Below, one piece after another: positions 35,601 through 38,515 of a stretch of 38,515 nt of DNA (positions within the stretch are counted from its first letter, which is position 1; every line of letters begins with the position of its first letter). Location of the stretch: the NCBI GenBank assembly GCA_026417195.1, contig JAOADS010000003.1, positions 1 through 38,515 of the forward strand, given 5' to 3'. A model generated the notes under the pieces. The model was not told the DNA's origin. It made no database searches and worked only from the letters and a program-made list of their open reading frames with translations. The position numbers and the translations under genes were made by a program. This stretch comes from Ignavibacteria bacterium. Lineage in GTDB: Bacteria > Bacteroidota > Ignavibacteria > Tepidaquicellales > OLB5.

Positions 35601-35876
35601 ACCGAAACTAAGCATTATTGCATCAGGTCTTTCTTTTTCTATAACCTTTTCTACGAAGTAAGGACTAACCGGAAGCAGATAAACCTTATCTGCAAGTTCC
35701 CTGTCTGTCTGAACCGTTGCTATATTGGGATTTATTAATACTACAAACTTATTTTCTTCCTTAAGGGCTTTAATTGCCTGAGAACCGGAATAATCAAATT
35801 CACCGGCTTCCCCGATTTTAAGAGCACCTGAGCCCAGCAGAAGTATTTTATGGAATTCCTTCAATGCGGAATACAA
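32658..35876 (-). CDS. carB: Carbamoyl-phosphate synthase large subunit
   Basis: 1072 aa with two ATP-grasp halves ([24 protein letters not shown]...; [21 protein letters not shown]...), an oligomerisation domain and a C-terminal MGS-like domain. TTG start; there is no in-frame ATG between the upstream stop and the conserved N-terminus. Confidence 0.95.
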   Translation of the reverse strand: [1072 protein letters not shown]

Positions 35877-35881
35877 AAATA
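35874..35881 (-). promoter_or_regulatory. TAnnTTTG match (TATTTTTG) overlapping the putative carB TTG start
   Basis: The plus strand CAAAAATA reads TATTTTTG on the minus strand. Its last three bases are the TTG called as the carB start, so either the box or the start call may be wrong. Confidence 0.2.
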
Positions 35882-35954
35882 AACATTCTGGTAATTAATA
35901 ACACTGATATAAAAAACCTTAAGCATTTCCTTAACTTAATTCAATATTTAATTT

Positions 35955-35962
35955 TATCTTTG
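35955..35962 (+). promoter_or_regulatory. Candidate -7 promoter box (TATCTTTG) abutting the pyrD ATG
   Basis: Matches TAnnTTTG, with only 4 nt between its G and the pyrD ATG at 35967. Confidence 0.3.
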
Positions 35963-35966
35963 TAAG

Positions 35967-37013
35967 ATGTTTTACAGTAAACTTATCCGCCCTGTCCTTT
36001 TCAGACTGGATGCTGAAAAAGCTCACGATATTACGATAAAGATCCTTTCTAAAGGGATATTAAATCCTCTCATAAAATCATTCTGCGGACAAGTATCACA
36101 TATGCCGTTAAAAGTAGGCAAACTGAATTTCAGGAATCCCTTGGGCCTTGCCGCCGGCTTTGACAAAAATTCAGTTGCACTAAGGAGCTGGGATGCAATG
36201 GGATTCGGATTTGCTGAAGTTGGAACTGTAACACCGCTGCCTCAGGAAGGAAATCCCAGGCCAAGAATTTTCAGAATTACAGATCACTACGCTGTTATAA
36301 ACCGGCTTGGATTCAACAATTGCGGAGCCGATCAGTTTGAAAAAAATCTCAGAAAACAGAAGGAGAAATTAAGTAAGAATTTTATAGTAGGGGTTAATTT
36401 AGGTAAAAATAAACACACTGAACTTGACGATGCATATCATGATTACAGATTTACATTTGAAAAATGCTTTGAGGATGCTGATTACTTTACCATCAATGTA
36501 AGCTCCCCTAACACTGAGGGACTGAGACAACTTCAGCAGAAAAAATACCTGAACGAAATCCTCAAATCACTTCAGGATTTAAACACAGAGCTTGATGAAA
36601 AATTTTCAGAGAAGAAAAAAGATATATTTTTAAAAATATCACCTGACTTGACCCTGGCCGAACTTGATGATGTAATAGATGTTTGCATAGATAATAAACT
36701 AACAGGTATCATTGCAACAAACACTACAGTTTCAAGAAATACCCTGCCTGAAGGTAGTTATGAACAGGGAGGCTTAAGCGGAAAACCTCTGAGGGAAATT
36801 TCAAATGCTCTGATAAAACACGTCGTAAAACTCTCTGAAGGTAAACTTATTGTAATAGCATGCGGTGGTGTGTTTTCTTACGATGATTTCAAAGAAAAAA
36901 TTGACCTCGGTGCATCGTTGGTTCAGATTTATACCGGACTGATTTATGAAGGTCCTTGTCTTCCAAAAAAAATAATAAGAAAATATCACGAAAGTTTATA
37001 TAAAGATAAATGA
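35967..37013 (+). CDS. pyrD: Dihydroorotate dehydrogenase (quinone), class 2
   Basis: 348 aa with N-terminal extension [21 protein letters not shown], plus [25 protein letters not shown], catalytic-Ser context INVSSPNT, and IATNTT. Confidence 0.9.
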   Translation: MFYSKLIRPVLFRLDAEKAHDITIKILSKGILNPLIKSFCGQVSHMPLKVGKLNFRNPLGLAAGFDKNSVALRSWDAMGFGFAEVGTVTPLPQEGNPRPRIFRITDHYAVINRLGFNNCGADQFEKNLRKQKEKLSKNFIVGVNLGKNKHTELDDAYHDYRFTFEKCFEDADYFTINVSSPNTEGLRQLQQKKYLNEILKSLQDLNTELDEKFSEKKKDIFLKISPDLTLAELDDVIDVCIDNKLTGIIATNTTVSRNTLPEGSYEQGGLSGKPLREISNALIKHVVKLSEGKLIVIACGGVFSYDDFKEKIDLGASLVQIYTGLIYEGPCLPKKIIRKYHESLYKDK

Positions 37014-38515
37014 GTAACAAGCCAAACAGACTGATTAAGGAAAAATCACCTTATCTGCTTCAGCATGCTTATAATCCCGTTAACTGGTATCCCTGGGGAG
37101 ATGAAGCTTTCGAAAAAGCAAGAGAAGAAGATAAACCGATTTTTCTTTCAATAGGATACTCTACATGCTACTGGTGTCACGTTATGGAGCGGGAAGTTTT
37201 TGAAAACGAGGAGATAGCTGAGGAAATGAACAGAATATTCATTAACATCAAACTTGACCGTGAGGAGAGACCGGACATAGACAGAATTTACATGGCTGCC
37301 CTGCAGGCTATGACTGGCTCTGGAGGCTGGCCTATGTCTATGTTTCTTAATCATGAGCTGAAACCATTTTACGGAGCAACATACATTCCTCCTTATCCGA
37401 AACACGGAATACCCGGTTTTATAAACGTAATCAGGGGAATTGAGGAAGCATGGAGATTGAGAAGAAACGAAATAAACAACACCGGTGATAAAATAATAAA
37501 GTATATAGGAGAAGTTTCAGAAAATAAATTTGAGGATGCTGAACTCACTGAAGAAATTCTCAGCTCAGCACTGAATCAGTTCAGAAATTCATTTGATGAA
37601 GAATACGGCGGTTTCGGCTCAGCTCCTAAATTCCCCAGACCTCCGGGCATCAATTTCCTTTTAAGGGTTGCTTACAGATATAACGATAAAGAATCCCTAG
37701 ACATGGCATTCAAAACCCTCAATCAGATGATCAGAGGTGGCATATACGATCACATCGGCGGCGGATTTCACAGATATTCAGTTGACAGATACTGGCATGT
37801 GCCTCACTTTGAAAAGATGCTTTACGACCAGGCTCAGTTATGCGTGAATTACACTGAAGCTTTTCAGCTTACAGCAAACAGGAACTTTGAGGAAACTGTA
37901 AAGGAAACTCTGGACTACGTAAAAAGAGTACTTACTTCACCTGATGGCGGATTCTATTCAGCAGAAGATGCAGAGTCTGCAGTAAGTTCCACGCAGCCTG
38001 ATAAAAAATCCGAAGGTGCCTTTTACGTCTGGACAAAAAATGAGATAGATGAGGCATTGGGAGACTACTCTGAGATTTTCTGCTTTCACTATGGAGTTGA
38101 TGAATATGGGAATGTAAGAAGCTCCAGTGATCCACATGGAGTCTTAAGAGGGAAAAATGTTCTTTATGTTCCAGGAAGCCTAAAAACAACTTCTGAAAAA
38201 TTTTCTCTTTCAGAAAAAGAAACTTTATCAATACTTACTGAGTGCAGGAGGAAATTGTTTCTGAAAAGAGAAAAAAGACCACGCCCTCATCTTGATGATA
38301 AAGTGCTTACAAACTGGAACGCCCTGATGATAAGTGCCTTCAGTAAGGCATATCAGGTTTTCGGAGATAAAGACTACCTGAATACAGCGGTAAAAGCTGC
38401 TGAATTTGTCATTAATCATCTTATAAAGGATGACCAGCTCTATCACAGATACAGGGACGGTGATGTTGATGTAAAAGGCTTACTTGAGGATTACGCATTC
38501 TTTGTAAACAGCCTG
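37010..38515 (+). CDS. Thioredoxin-domain protein of the YyaL/DUF255 family (N-terminal 502 aa; 3' end beyond the window)
   Basis: Not in the ORF track because there is no stop in the window. The ATG at 37010 overlaps the pyrD stop (ATGA). Hand translation: [70 protein letters not shown]...GGWPMSMF...[27 protein letters not shown], which is characteristic of YyaL/SPATA20-like proteins. Confidence 0.85.
   Translation, partial: MSNKPNRLIKEKSPYLLQHAYNPVNWYPWGDEAFEKAREEDKPIFLSIGYSTCYWCHVMEREVFENEEIAEEMNRIFINIKLDREERPDIDRIYMAALQAMTGSGGWPMSMFLNHELKPFYGATYIPPYPKHGIPGFINVIRGIEEAWRLRRNEINNTGDKIIKYIGEVSENKFEDAELTEEILSSALNQFRNSFDEEYGGFGSAPKFPRPPGINFLLRVAYRYNDKESLDMAFKTLNQMIRGGIYDHIGGGFHRYSVDRYWHVPHFEKMLYDQAQLCVNYTEAFQLTANRNFEETVKETLDYVKRVLTSPDGGFYSAEDAESAVSSTQPDKKSEGAFYVWTKNEIDEALGDYSEIFCFHYGVDEYGNVRSSSDPHGVLRGKNVLYVPGSLKTTSEKFSLSEKETLSILTECRRKLFLKREKRPRPHLDDKVLTNWNALMISAFSKAYQVFGDKDYLNTAVKAAEFVINHLIKDDQLYHRYRDGDVDVKGLLEDYAFFVNSL

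Noticed and set aside
35191-35661. 156-aa plus-strand ORF, the longest unexplained ORF in the track.
   Set aside because: It lies entirely antisense within carB, whose product is strongly conserved. The translation is low-complexity (S/P/F/T-rich) with no motif, which is typical of a shadow ORF.
37148-38446. Minus-strand ORFs 37148..37405, 37932..38231 and 38228..38446.
   Set aside because: The plus strand here encodes a continuous, highly recognisable YyaL/DUF255 protein that the track missed because it has no stop in the window. The minus-strand ORFs are shadows.
1-38515. CRISPR arrays, IS elements, transposases, integrases, tRNA/rRNA genes, toxin-antitoxin pairs, or a defence or prophage island.
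   Set aside because: Non-coding space totals only about 1.2 kb across 16 short spacers. I inspected each and none contains spacer-repeat arrays, tRNA-like cloverleaf sequence or terminal inverted repeats. Every long ORF has a housekeeping or envelope assignment. A compositional (GC-skew/k-mer) scan was not possible by eye.

Overview
This 38.5-kb window is AT-rich and very compact. It appears to come from a short-read, probably metagenomic, assembly of an FCB-group bacterium (Ignavibacteria/Bacteroidota-like). The lineage guess rests on two cargo proteins with T9SS type-A C-terminal sorting domains, TAnnTTTG -7-like boxes ahead of most transcription units, and an hrcA-grpE-dnaJ arrangement without dnaK. 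I support 29 protein genes, two of them truncated at the window edges and absent from the ORF track. On the minus strand: a tetR / TolC-like / membrane-fusion / RND efflux operon; hrcA-grpE-dnaJ-comEA; hutI-ftcD plus a CDGSH mini-protein; an S8 protease; two TPM-domain proteins; and carB. On the plus strand: a 1217-aa beta-helix T9SS cargo protein; lysA; an S9 peptidase; an orphan lipoprotein; a tightly packed 9-kb run (glgA, HAD-IIIA hydrolase, lipoprotein, OM beta-barrel, glyA, tatC, polyprenyl synthase, der); pyrD; and a YyaL-like thioredoxin-domain protein. I found no tRNA/rRNA, CRISPR array, transposase, integrase or obvious defence or mobile island. This is mostly core metabolism and envelope genes, and I cannot point to a convincing novel system. 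The least explained loci are the translationally coupled duplicated-module lipoprotein plus OM barrel pair (24427-26914), the giant beta-helix cargo protein, the CDGSH protein coupled to a eukaryote-like fused FTCD, and several intergenic repeat or operator-like elements. Bases 1-17 are a Tn5/Nextera adapter remnant. All product calls rest on motifs read by eye from the translations; no database search was run.
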